From contig CATQHZ020000001.1 in NCBI GenBank assembly GCA_958296135.2, positions 3,008,001 through 3,072,000 of the forward strand: a stretch of 64,000 nt of DNA, written 5' to 3'. Below are positions 22,582 to 30,328 of the stretch, one piece after another. A program made the position numbers and the translations under genes. This DNA is from an uncultured Poribacteria bacterium (GTDB taxonomy: Bacteria > Poribacteria > WGA-4E > WGA-3G). Every line of letters starts with the position of its first letter. Within the stretch, counting starts at the first letter, position 1. The notes under the pieces are model-generated. The model was given only the letters and a program-made list of their open reading frames with translations, was not told the DNA's origin and did no database searches.

Positions 22582-22743
22582 CGTTTTTCGTTTGCTCCAG
22601 TTTTAAAAGTGAGCGCGCGTGCCTATTTTACAAAATGTCGGCATTTTCGCGCCGTGCTTTACATGATTTATATGCATTATACATTTATTTCCGCGGAAAG
22701 TCAAGGAAATTTTTGAAAAACTGAGGCGTATGGAAAATTAGCC

Positions 22744-22772
22744 TTGACATCGCTTTTTGACTATGGTATTCT
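22744..22772 (+). promoter_or_regulatory. sigma70-type promoter of disA
   Basis: TTGACA-N17-TATTCT with extended -10 TG. Confidence 0.7.
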
Positions 22773-22793
22773 ATTAAGCAGGAGGTGGGCGCG

Positions 22794-23894
22794 GTGCAGA
22801 ATATCCCGATAGAAAATCAGCGGGAACGCGAGTTGGTGGCGGCGTTAGAGCTGCTATCGCCGGGGACTTCGCTGAGGGAAGGCATTGACTATATTATCCA
22901 AGGCAAAACGGGGGCCTTGATTGTCGTCGGGGATACGCCAGAGATTCTCAGTCTGACAGAGGGCGGCTTCCGCATCAACTCACGGTATACGCCGATGCGG
23001 CTGTATGAATTGGCGAAAATGGACGGTGCCATCATTCTGTCTGAGAATATGAAACGGATTGTCCGCGCGAATGTGACGCTGCGGTTAAACCCCTCTATTG
23101 ACTCTAGGGAAACGGGGCTTCGGCATCGCGCTGCGGATAAGTTTGCGCAGCAGACTGGGCACATCGTGCTTGCCGTGTCCCGGAGCAGGAACACGTTGTC
23201 CTTATATCTCCGGAACCAGCGTTACATTTTCCGCGAGCGTCCGATTCTGATTTCGGGCGCGAATCAGACGATGCTCGCGCTCACGCAGTACATCAAGACG
23301 ATGCAGAACGCGATAGCGATACTGAATTGGGTGGAATTGAGCGGGAACGCCACATTGGCGGATGTCATCACAACCATCCAGTTATGCGAGCGCGTGCGCC
23401 GCACTGAATATGAGTTAACCCGATACCGGATTGAATTAGGCACGCACGCGCAGTCGCTCCAACTCATGCCATCGGAGTTGATGGCCGAGATTGAGCGCGG
23501 GCTTCTTGTGATTAAAGACTACTATCACGAGAGCCTACCGGATGCGGCCCAGGCTTTTGAAAAGATTCTGCGGCTGGATGCGAACAGTCTCGCGAGCCGG
23601 AGCACTGTCAGCACTGCCTTGGGCTATCCGCCTGATGCGAGCAATCCGTTAGAGGTGTTGGAGCCGCGCGGGTACCGGATGCTGAGTCAGATTCCGCATA
23701 TCCCGCTCAGCGTCATTGAAAACATCGTTCAGCAGTTCAAAAGGTTGGAAGCTATCTCCGCTGCGTCTGTCGCTGAGTTAGAGGCAGTGGCGGATGTCGG
23801 GAAGGCGAGAGCCACCGCGATTAAGGAGGCACTTGTCAAAATGAAAACGGCGGCTGTCCAACCGGAAATCGTAGCGTTATCTGTATTTGAATAG
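22794..23894 (+). CDS. disA: DNA integrity scanning diadenylate cyclase DisA
   Basis: PGTSLREG, LYELAKMDGA, ETGLRHRAA, PRGYR, C-terminal HhH (DVGKARA); GTG start after GGAGG. Confidence 0.92.
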   Translation: MQNIPIENQRERELVAALELLSPGTSLREGIDYIIQGKTGALIVVGDTPEILSLTEGGFRINSRYTPMRLYELAKMDGAIILSENMKRIVRANVTLRLNPSIDSRETGLRHRAADKFAQQTGHIVLAVSRSRNTLSLYLRNQRYIFRERPILISGANQTMLALTQYIKTMQNAIAILNWVELSGNATLADVITTIQLCERVRRTEYELTRYRIELGTHAQSLQLMPSELMAEIERGLLVIKDYYHESLPDAAQAFEKILRLDANSLASRSTVSTALGYPPDASNPLEVLEPRGYRMLSQIPHIPLSVIENIVQQFKRLEAISAASVAELEAVADVGKARATAIKEALVKMKTAAVQPEIVALSVFE

Positions 23895-24082
23895 TGATAC
23901 GTGGCTGTGCACGCCTGCACGCCGCGTTTCAGCAGATACGCAACAAACTTAGAAACCAAAAATTGTAATATATCTGATTGACGTAGTCTTATCTCTCAGG
24001 TGAGAGGCTGGCGAACGGAGCGTGATGAGCGTTTCCTGCTGCACGATATCAAGAGGCTGGCATATAATGTCCTAACCCCCCG

Positions 24083-24222
24083 TGTGAAGCGGATTAAGAG
24101 TCGGCGGTGCGCAGGCATCGCTGACGGTGGAGGGGCCGTAAGTCCGACGCGATTCCCGAAAGGATTGTTTCGCTGCAGTATCTAGGACTACAACAACAAA
24201 CGTCGCCGCTGGTTTGACCGAG
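24083..24222 (+). ncRNA. Candidate structured RNA domain (riboswitch-like)
   Basis: 11-bp hairpin with G-U pairs GTCGGCGGTGC-GCAG-GCATCGCTGAC; nested AGTCC/GGACT, GCGA/TCGC, TCC-CGAAA-GGA; TATAAT at 24063. Confidence 0.45.
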
Positions 24223-24448
24223 ATGTAAAACGCCTGTGGCGCTCGTGTAAGCCCTCACTGTATTCGCATTTCTCCGATTTTGACGCAGTCTTATTCTGTT
24301 TACAGAATAAGACATCTTCGGCATGCTTGGAAACCTTCGCAAGCATGCCTCCGTCAAAATCGGCAGGTGCGTTTCGGAGGCTCTGAGTGCCGAAGGAGGA
24401 ACTTAGAAGTCTCGACTTATCTCGATATGACGAGACTTCGGGGAACAG
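24203..24448 (+). ncRNA. Orphan TnpB omegaRNA (reRNA)/IS right-end homolog with no adjacent tnpB
   Basis: Shares collinear blocks with 29424-29605: TCGCCGCTGGTTTGAC.GAGA, AAACGCCTGTGG.GCTCGTGT.AG, TGAGTG..GAAG.AGGAACTT, a 3' hairpin and terminal GGGAACAG. Confidence 0.75.
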
Positions 24449-24455
24449 CCACACA

Positions 24456-25832
24456 ATGAGACAATTCATCGCTTTAGCGCGCGAAGTGTTTGTCAAAGTG
24501 AACGTGACACTCTCACCGCGCACGCGCAACCGTATTGAAACGTCCGCCTATAGGGTACCGCCGGTCGCGTTATTCTGCATCGCGCTCTGCATTGCGGGAT
24601 GCGGCGGACAACTTGGAACCATTAAACCACCAGAAGTTGAAACCGCGCTCACGCAGGCGGAGTCCGCTATCGAAAAGGCACGTGAAGTGGACGCGCCGTC
24701 GCTTGCCGCTGACGCGTTTAACTCGGCGGAGGCGAACCTCGCCGCCGCGAAGACTGCCCTCAAGGAAAAGCGAGGGAGCGAGGCACTTCGCCTCGCGTAT
24801 CAAGCCACTGCTGATGCCAAGGTCGCGTACAAGGTGGCCGTTGACACCGCTAAAAACGCGGCGCTGAACGCAACCATCCTTGAGAAGGAAGCGAGTGCTA
24901 AAAAACTCCGCAAAACCCTCACCACGAAAGAGGCACAGTTGGCGAAGGCACAAGAGCGGGTGCAGGAACTCAGCCGTGACGAAGAACAACTGAAACGCAG
25001 GATGAGCCGGCTGGAAAAAGAGAAACGCGAATTGAGAAATAAGCGGGAAACCTACGGGAAACAGGTTTCCGAGCTGAGGGAAACTTTGGAATCGATTCAA
25101 GCGCGCTCGAAGCGTGCAGAAACCGAAATCCGTAGCTACGGCAAGGAGATAGCCGAGTTGCGCCGCAAGTTGGAAGTCGCCGATAAAATGATTCGGGAAG
25201 AGGGGCACCAGAAACGTGCAGCCATCGCCGCGGCGGAATCTCTCCGGAAGCAGCTGCGCGAGCAGGCGGAAATCTATACGGATAAACTCGCGCGGGCGAA
25301 TCAGCGCAGTTCGGCGGCAAAGCATGAGGACTACCTCAAGGAGAAGGCGGCGGAAGCGCGAGCGTTCGTCCAGAGCCAACGGCAGCATGAACCCGTTAAG
25401 ACAGGGCGCACGTCGCTTTCCACAGAGCAGATTGCTGCAGGCAAGGTTGCTCTCAGTAGGTGGAACACCGCGTGGGATAGCAAAAACCTATCCGCGCATC
25501 TCGCTTTTTACGCACCGAATGTCATTGCCGATAAAGTTGTCATTCGTGAGAGCAAGGAGCATCGCACCAAAATCGACCGGGGACAACTTGAAGCCGCCCT
25601 TCGTCCGATGAACGCGCATCCCTGGCGCAAAATCAAGGGAAGCACCGAGGTTGAGCGTGAAAGCGTCATCGGTATTTACCGATTGAGCCGCCTCGTCGCC
25701 CCGGCGGAGAATGAAGACGCGACGGCCCTCTACAATATCTGGATTCGCGAAGTCTGGATGCACCAAGTTGGTGCAGCGTGGAAAATCCATCACGAAATCT
25801 GGCAGATTTACGAGAACGTGCCAAACTTTTAA
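24456..25832 (+). CDS. Lipoprotein with DUF4398-like helical domain, coiled coil and C-terminal NTF2-like domain
   Basis: Lipobox IAGC; AESAIEKAR...AEANLAAAK; long coiled coil; RWNTAWDSKNLSAHLAFY...WKIHHE. Confidence 0.75.
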   Translation: MRQFIALAREVFVKVNVTLSPRTRNRIETSAYRVPPVALFCIALCIAGCGGQLGTIKPPEVETALTQAESAIEKAREVDAPSLAADAFNSAEANLAAAKTALKEKRGSEALRLAYQATADAKVAYKVAVDTAKNAALNATILEKEASAKKLRKTLTTKEAQLAKAQERVQELSRDEEQLKRRMSRLEKEKRELRNKRETYGKQVSELRETLESIQARSKRAETEIRSYGKEIAELRRKLEVADKMIREEGHQKRAAIAAAESLRKQLREQAEIYTDKLARANQRSSAAKHEDYLKEKAAEARAFVQSQRQHEPVKTGRTSLSTEQIAAGKVALSRWNTAWDSKNLSAHLAFYAPNVIADKVVIRESKEHRTKIDRGQLEAALRPMNAHPWRKIKGSTEVERESVIGIYRLSRLVAPAENEDATALYNIWIREVWMHQVGAAWKIHHEIWQIYENVPNF

Positions 25833-26075
25833 TCTGTTTGAACGTTCCACGAACCGTAGGCAAGAGACATTTAGTCCCATTTTTGTCGTTTGCGCTCGCC
25901 CCGCGCCGCAGGAGACTCAAACAGGGATGGCTCAAGGGCGAGGCCCGTGGTGGGCTCTTCACCGTCGATAACTGAATGCCTCTGAAACCGTAGGGCGAGG
26001 GAAAACCCGGCGAGCACGAATCGCCGAGGGCCCCCCTCGCCATGCCACGACTTTCGCAGAATAGGAGATTAAGTT

Positions 26076-27515
26076 ATGAATGACTCCCAGAACGAAAGGA
26101 CGCAGAAAAGCTTCCTATCTAACACCCGTAACCTGATATGGGGTGGTGCAATCGCAGGTATCGTCATCGTCCTCATTGCATTCGTGGTGATGTTCATGAG
26201 TTCAAGCGAGACACCGAACGCCTTTCTCGCGCGCTGGAAGAGCACGCTTGAATCCGGTGAACTGAAGAAGTATGAGGGCCTGTGGCTTCCCAATGCACGC
26301 CGTAAGTATGCGCAAGACTATAAACGCACGGCAGACTTGCTTAAAGCGGACGGACAAGCACGCTTTGAGGTAAATCTCAGCGATGCCCCGATTTCGCCGC
26401 GCCGGGTCCCGCGTTACCCGAATCGTTTGCAGATTGAAGGGATTCCGGTGCTCGTGCATTTCCCCGGTGAATCCCAACAGCAGGTGCGGAACCTGACTAT
26501 CGAAAGTAAGGGGATGGTTCAGAAACGGTGGAAAATTGTCAGGGATGAGGTAGTCGGACAAGAATTTGCCCCCGTTGATACAACACCGTCGTCCACACCG
26601 CAAGTTGATGACACTTCTGAGCCGACGTTAACCCCGCCGAATAGTCCGGTTGTGCCGTTGGTTCAAGCGTGGAAAAACGCGCTGGAATCGCAAGATTCCA
26701 AGAAGTATACCTCCCTCTGGGATAAATCTGCCCAGAGCAAGCAGAAAGCGAACTTCCAGAGGGCGATAAAAGCGATGTCTCAAACTCCGAGTGTTGACTT
26801 GTCGCAGGCTACCTACATTGCAGTGCCGCGCAAGAAGGAGCGGCACATCGTTGCCAATATCAGCGTAACGTTGTATGATGGCGGTACACCGATTGAGACG
26901 CACACTCGCACCCTCACGATTGAGAAAAAGGGATTTCTCTGGCAGGACTGGAAACTGATTAACGATGAAATCGGCGGTGAGGCGGCGAGCCCCGAACCTG
27001 TCGTACAATATGAAACTGCTCCCGCGGACACCGTCTCCGGCGAAGAATCTGGTGGTACGTTTGCTGGGAACGCGCCGTTGGATACGCAGCTCAAAGTGCG
27101 TCAAGTATTGGGAAAATGGCAATCTGCGTGGGAGGGGAAGGACCTTAAAACCTACATGTCCATTTATGCAGAGCTGGCGCAAATCACCCGCGTCACTGTG
27201 AGCGGCGGTGGAAAGGGGACACCTACCTATCTTACCAAAGCGCAGCTCCGCGCGAAGATGCGGAAGCTCAACCGGATGTATGCCAAAATCGATGTTACGA
27301 TTTCTAACTTGCAGGTGAACGGCGACAGAGCGGTGGCAGATGTCACTTTCTTGCAAAAATTCGCTGGCACCCCGGCATCGGGCACACGTCCCTCTTACTC
27401 CGATTACGGCACCAAACAGTTGAATTTAATGGTAGATCCAGCCGATGGCCGCTGGAAAATCTACGCCGAATCGTGGCGTTACTACGAGGATGTGCCGGAA
27501 TTTCCGAAGATGTAA
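26076..27515 (+). CDS. Membrane-anchored protein with three NTF2/SnoaL-like repeats
   Basis: One N-terminal TM; three units W(K/Q)xxLE/WE...Y..LW/IY...WK(I/L)xxxE. Confidence 0.75.
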   Translation: MNDSQNERTQKSFLSNTRNLIWGGAIAGIVIVLIAFVVMFMSSSETPNAFLARWKSTLESGELKKYEGLWLPNARRKYAQDYKRTADLLKADGQARFEVNLSDAPISPRRVPRYPNRLQIEGIPVLVHFPGESQQQVRNLTIESKGMVQKRWKIVRDEVVGQEFAPVDTTPSSTPQVDDTSEPTLTPPNSPVVPLVQAWKNALESQDSKKYTSLWDKSAQSKQKANFQRAIKAMSQTPSVDLSQATYIAVPRKKERHIVANISVTLYDGGTPIETHTRTLTIEKKGFLWQDWKLINDEIGGEAASPEPVVQYETAPADTVSGEESGGTFAGNAPLDTQLKVRQVLGKWQSAWEGKDLKTYMSIYAELAQITRVTVSGGGKGTPTYLTKAQLRAKMRKLNRMYAKIDVTISNLQVNGDRAVADVTFLQKFAGTPASGTRPSYSDYGTKQLNLMVDPADGRWKIYAESWRYYEDVPEFPKM

Positions 27516-27586
27516 CGTCCCGCGGCCCGTAAAACGAGGGAGACCTGGGCTTCGCCATGCTGCAATGCCCCGGATTAACACCCAAC

Positions 27587-28003
27587 ATGCGTACTGAATA
27601 CCGAACGAAAAGGAAAATAGAGTTTGCCGATACCGATATGGCTGGCATCGTCCATTTCACGCGATTTTTCGTGTTCATGGAGACAGCGGAGCACGAATTC
27701 TTGCGAAGTCTCGGCACCAGTGTCGCTACCGAATGGAATGGGGACAAAATCGGGTGGCCGCGCCTCGCCGCTTCGTGTGAATATCTCCGGCCCCTGCGCT
27801 TTGAAGATGTGGTGGATATTCACTTGTGGGTTTGCAAAAAAGGGACGAAGTCGCTCACGTATCAATTCCATTTTACGCATCTGGGCAAGGATGTCGCGCG
27901 CGGGCAGGTTACGGCAGTTTGCTGTGTCTGTAATCCGGGTGAAAAGTTGCGCGCCATTCCTATTCCCGATTTTATTGCGAATCAGATTCACCCCGTGTCT
28001 TAG
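27587..28003 (+). CDS. 4-hydroxybenzoyl-CoA-type (hotdog fold) acyl-CoA thioesterase
   Basis: IEFADTDMAGIVHF, CEYLRPLRFED. Confidence 0.88.
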   Translation: MRTEYRTKRKIEFADTDMAGIVHFTRFFVFMETAEHEFLRSLGTSVATEWNGDKIGWPRLAASCEYLRPLRFEDVVDIHLWVCKKGTKSLTYQFHFTHLGKDVARGQVTAVCCVCNPGEKLRAIPIPDFIANQIHPVS

Positions 28004-28016
28004 GGAGGACGTTCCT

Positions 28017-29605
28017 AGCTTCCGAAAATCGAGACACATCGTGATAAAAGCGGATTTATCGTGATAAACGCCAACATAAGTGCTATACGAAGTGTTACCG
28101 TGTTGGGCTCGGTCGAGCGTGCAGTGTTATTCGGGAGACCGAATAACACCTCTTCGGCTCAGCAGATCGTGCAGTGTTTTTTGTAATAACAAAAAACACA
28201 TCTTCGGAAACCGGTTTGGAAACCTTTGCAAACCTGCCTACACGAGCTGCAGCAGCGTGTATTCACGCTCGCCTACACGCCCGCCCGCCAATGATATCAC
28301 CGCCAGCGCATTGCCCACCCTAGTGATATAGGCGAAACACGGCAGACGGGAACACCTCATGAAAACGCACAATATTGCACTGCGCCCGACACCGGCACAG
28401 GTTCAACAATTTCATCAGCACGCGGGATTCCGCCGATTTGTCTATAACTACGCTTTGTCCGATTTCAAAGCAGGCTTAGCTGAAGGCGAATGGCGGAACG
28501 GCCGCACATTGCGCACTCGGTTTAATGCCGTGAAGGACACGCAGTTTGACTGGCAGAAACGGCTCATCGCCCGCGTGGCATCACATGCGTTTGATGATTT
28601 TAACACGGCGTGTCAACGATGGAAGAACAAGCTTGCCAAGTTTCCGAAGTATAAGCGGAAGTCGGGTAAACAATCGTTTCGCGTTGACAATAAACGCAAT
28701 GCGATAAAATGTGAAGGTAAACGGCTTTACCTGCCGAAGATAGGCTGGGTGCGGACGTTTGAAGCGTTGCGGTTCAAAGGCGACGTGATGCGCGTAGTGA
28801 TTAAGAAGCGAGGCCCTCGTTGGTTTGCATCGGTGCTCGTCGAAACCCTGTCAATAGCCAAGCCCGATTTACGTGGTTTGCCTACCGTGGGCATCGATGT
28901 GGGTATCAACACCCTCGCTACTTGCTCTGATGGACGCGCCTTTGAAAACCCGCGCGCCTTGGCTCGTTATCAACGTCAACTCCGCCGTGCGCAACGCGCA
29001 CTGAGTCGTTCAGTCTATCGCAGTCAGAATTGGTGGAAAAAGAAGGAACGTGTTGTCCGTATCCACTATCGTATCGCTTGCATCCGCGAAGACGCGCATC
29101 ACAAAGCCAGCACGGCGATTGTGAAAGGTGTCTCAGCAATCGGGATAGAATCTCTGAACGTGAAAGGCATGATGAAAAACCGCCGGATTGCGAAGGCATT
29201 ATCAGACGCAGCACTCGGGGGATTTCTCTCCAAGTTGAAGACGAAGGCGGCGGCACTCGGCGTGCGGATTGAGGAAGCCTCTCAGTGGTTCGCTTCCTCG
29301 AAGACGTGCAGTGCATGCGGACATAAAAAGGATACCCTCACGTTATCGGAACGTGACTATCACTGCAGCGGGTGTGGATTGCGGATAGACCGAGATTTGA
29401 ACGCTGCAAGGAATTTGGAACCCTCGCCGCTGGTTTGACGGAGAGGAGTGGGTATTACCTCTCGTATCCGAGAGGTAATACCTTAAACGCCTGTGGAGCT
29501 CGTGTCAGACTTCGGTTGCGAAGCAGTGAGTGTTGAAGCAGGAACTTTAGAAATCGGACAGACTCATACGGACTTGTCCAGATATGTCTCGATTTCAGGG
29601 AACAG
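28017..29605 (+). mobile_element. Non-autonomous IS607/IS200-IS605-like element carrying only tnpB
   Basis: Imperfect inverted ends (28026 AAATCGAGACACATC vs reverse complement of 29581-29595 AAATCGAGACATATC); AG at both junctions; ATCGTGATAAA direct repeats at 28038/28058; no tnpA. Confidence 0.65.
28359..29438 (+). CDS. tnpB: RNA-guided endonuclease TnpB
   Basis: N-terminal LRPTPAQ..HAG..RFVYN; RuvC motifs GIDVG, IGIESL, DRDLNAARN; Zn finger CSAC/CSGC. Confidence 0.95.
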   Translation: MKTHNIALRPTPAQVQQFHQHAGFRRFVYNYALSDFKAGLAEGEWRNGRTLRTRFNAVKDTQFDWQKRLIARVASHAFDDFNTACQRWKNKLAKFPKYKRKSGKQSFRVDNKRNAIKCEGKRLYLPKIGWVRTFEALRFKGDVMRVVIKKRGPRWFASVLVETLSIAKPDLRGLPTVGIDVGINTLATCSDGRAFENPRALARYQRQLRRAQRALSRSVYRSQNWWKKKERVVRIHYRIACIREDAHHKASTAIVKGVSAIGIESLNVKGMMKNRRIAKALSDAALGGFLSKLKTKAAALGVRIEEASQWFASSKTCSACGHKKDTLTLSERDYHCSGCGLRIDRDLNAARNLEPSPLV

Positions 29606-29625
29606 TTCTATGCAAAACGTGCCCA
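29424..29625 (+). ncRNA. TnpB omegaRNA overlapping the tnpB 3' end; guide predicted to start after 29605
   Basis: AACGCCTGTGGAG...GAAGCAGGAA scaffold, multiple hairpins, terminal GGGAACAG. Confidence 0.75.
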
Positions 29626-30287
29626 GGAACAGTTCACACTTAAAAGTCTCTAACCTGCATAAGAGTTTCGGCGCGGTCCAAGTTCTGCGCGACATCTCGT
29701 TTTCGTTTGGCTCGGGCGCGTCTGTGGCCATTACCGGTCCCTCTGGTTCAGGCAAAAGCACGTTGCTCCATCTCATTGGCACACTGGCGGAACCCTCCGG
29801 TGGGCGGATTGAGATTAACAACGTCAACCCGTTTGACTTATCGGAGCGCGAGCTCGCGGCATATCGGAACTCGGTGCTTGGGTTTGTGTTTCAGGAGCAT
29901 CATCTGCTGCCGCAGTATTCGGTGCTTGAAAATGTGCTGGTTCCAACGCTCGCGTTTAAGGGGAAATCCGATGCCACACAGCGGGCGCATGAGCTGCTCA
30001 AGCGGGTGGGATTAACACATCGGCTGACGCATCGGCCCGGGGAGCTCTCCGGCGGCGAACGTCAACGCGTTGCCATCGCGCGCGCCCTTATCAACCGACC
30101 GGGGATTCTGCTCTGCGATGAACCAACCGGCAATTTGGATAACGCTACCGCTGAGACTATCGTCAATTTGCTATTTGAGATGCATCGCGTGGAGCAGCAC
30201 ATCTTAATCGTCGTCACGCACAATCTTGAATTCGCGTCCCGTTTTCAGCACCGCCTCAACCTCGCCGAGGGCACCTTGGACACCTAG
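29610..30287 (+). CDS. ABC transporter ATP-binding protein (LolD/MacB type)
   Basis: GPSGSGKST, LSGGERQRVA, LLCDEPTGNLD, VVTH; the ORF extension to 29493 is omegaRNA sequence. Confidence 0.93.
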   Translation: MQNVPRNSSHLKVSNLHKSFGAVQVLRDISFSFGSGASVAITGPSGSGKSTLLHLIGTLAEPSGGRIEINNVNPFDLSERELAAYRNSVLGFVFQEHHLLPQYSVLENVLVPTLAFKGKSDATQRAHELLKRVGLTHRLTHRPGELSGGERQRVAIARALINRPGILLCDEPTGNLDNATAETIVNLLFEMHRVEQHILIVVTHNLEFASRFQHRLNLAEGTLDT

Positions 30288-30328
30288 GAACTCGGGATGG
30301 ACGCAAGCTCCTATCGTGCGAATAAAAA

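Noticed and set aside
24121-24160. tmRNA-like ends (GGGGCCG on +, CCTCCACC on -)
   Set aside because: The two ends are on opposite strands; no T-arm and no tag ORF ending in ALAA-like residues
28080-28358. Group I intron (IStron) upstream of tnpB, or the 83-aa ORF 28080-28331 as TnpA
   Set aside because: No recognisable P7 (R/S) motifs; the ORF lacks HUH/Y1 and serine-recombinase motifs
29493-29609. N-terminal extension of the ABC ATPase (likewise 24387-24455 of the lipoprotein)
   Set aside because: The sequence is omegaRNA/IS right end; the downstream ATG starts are more plausible
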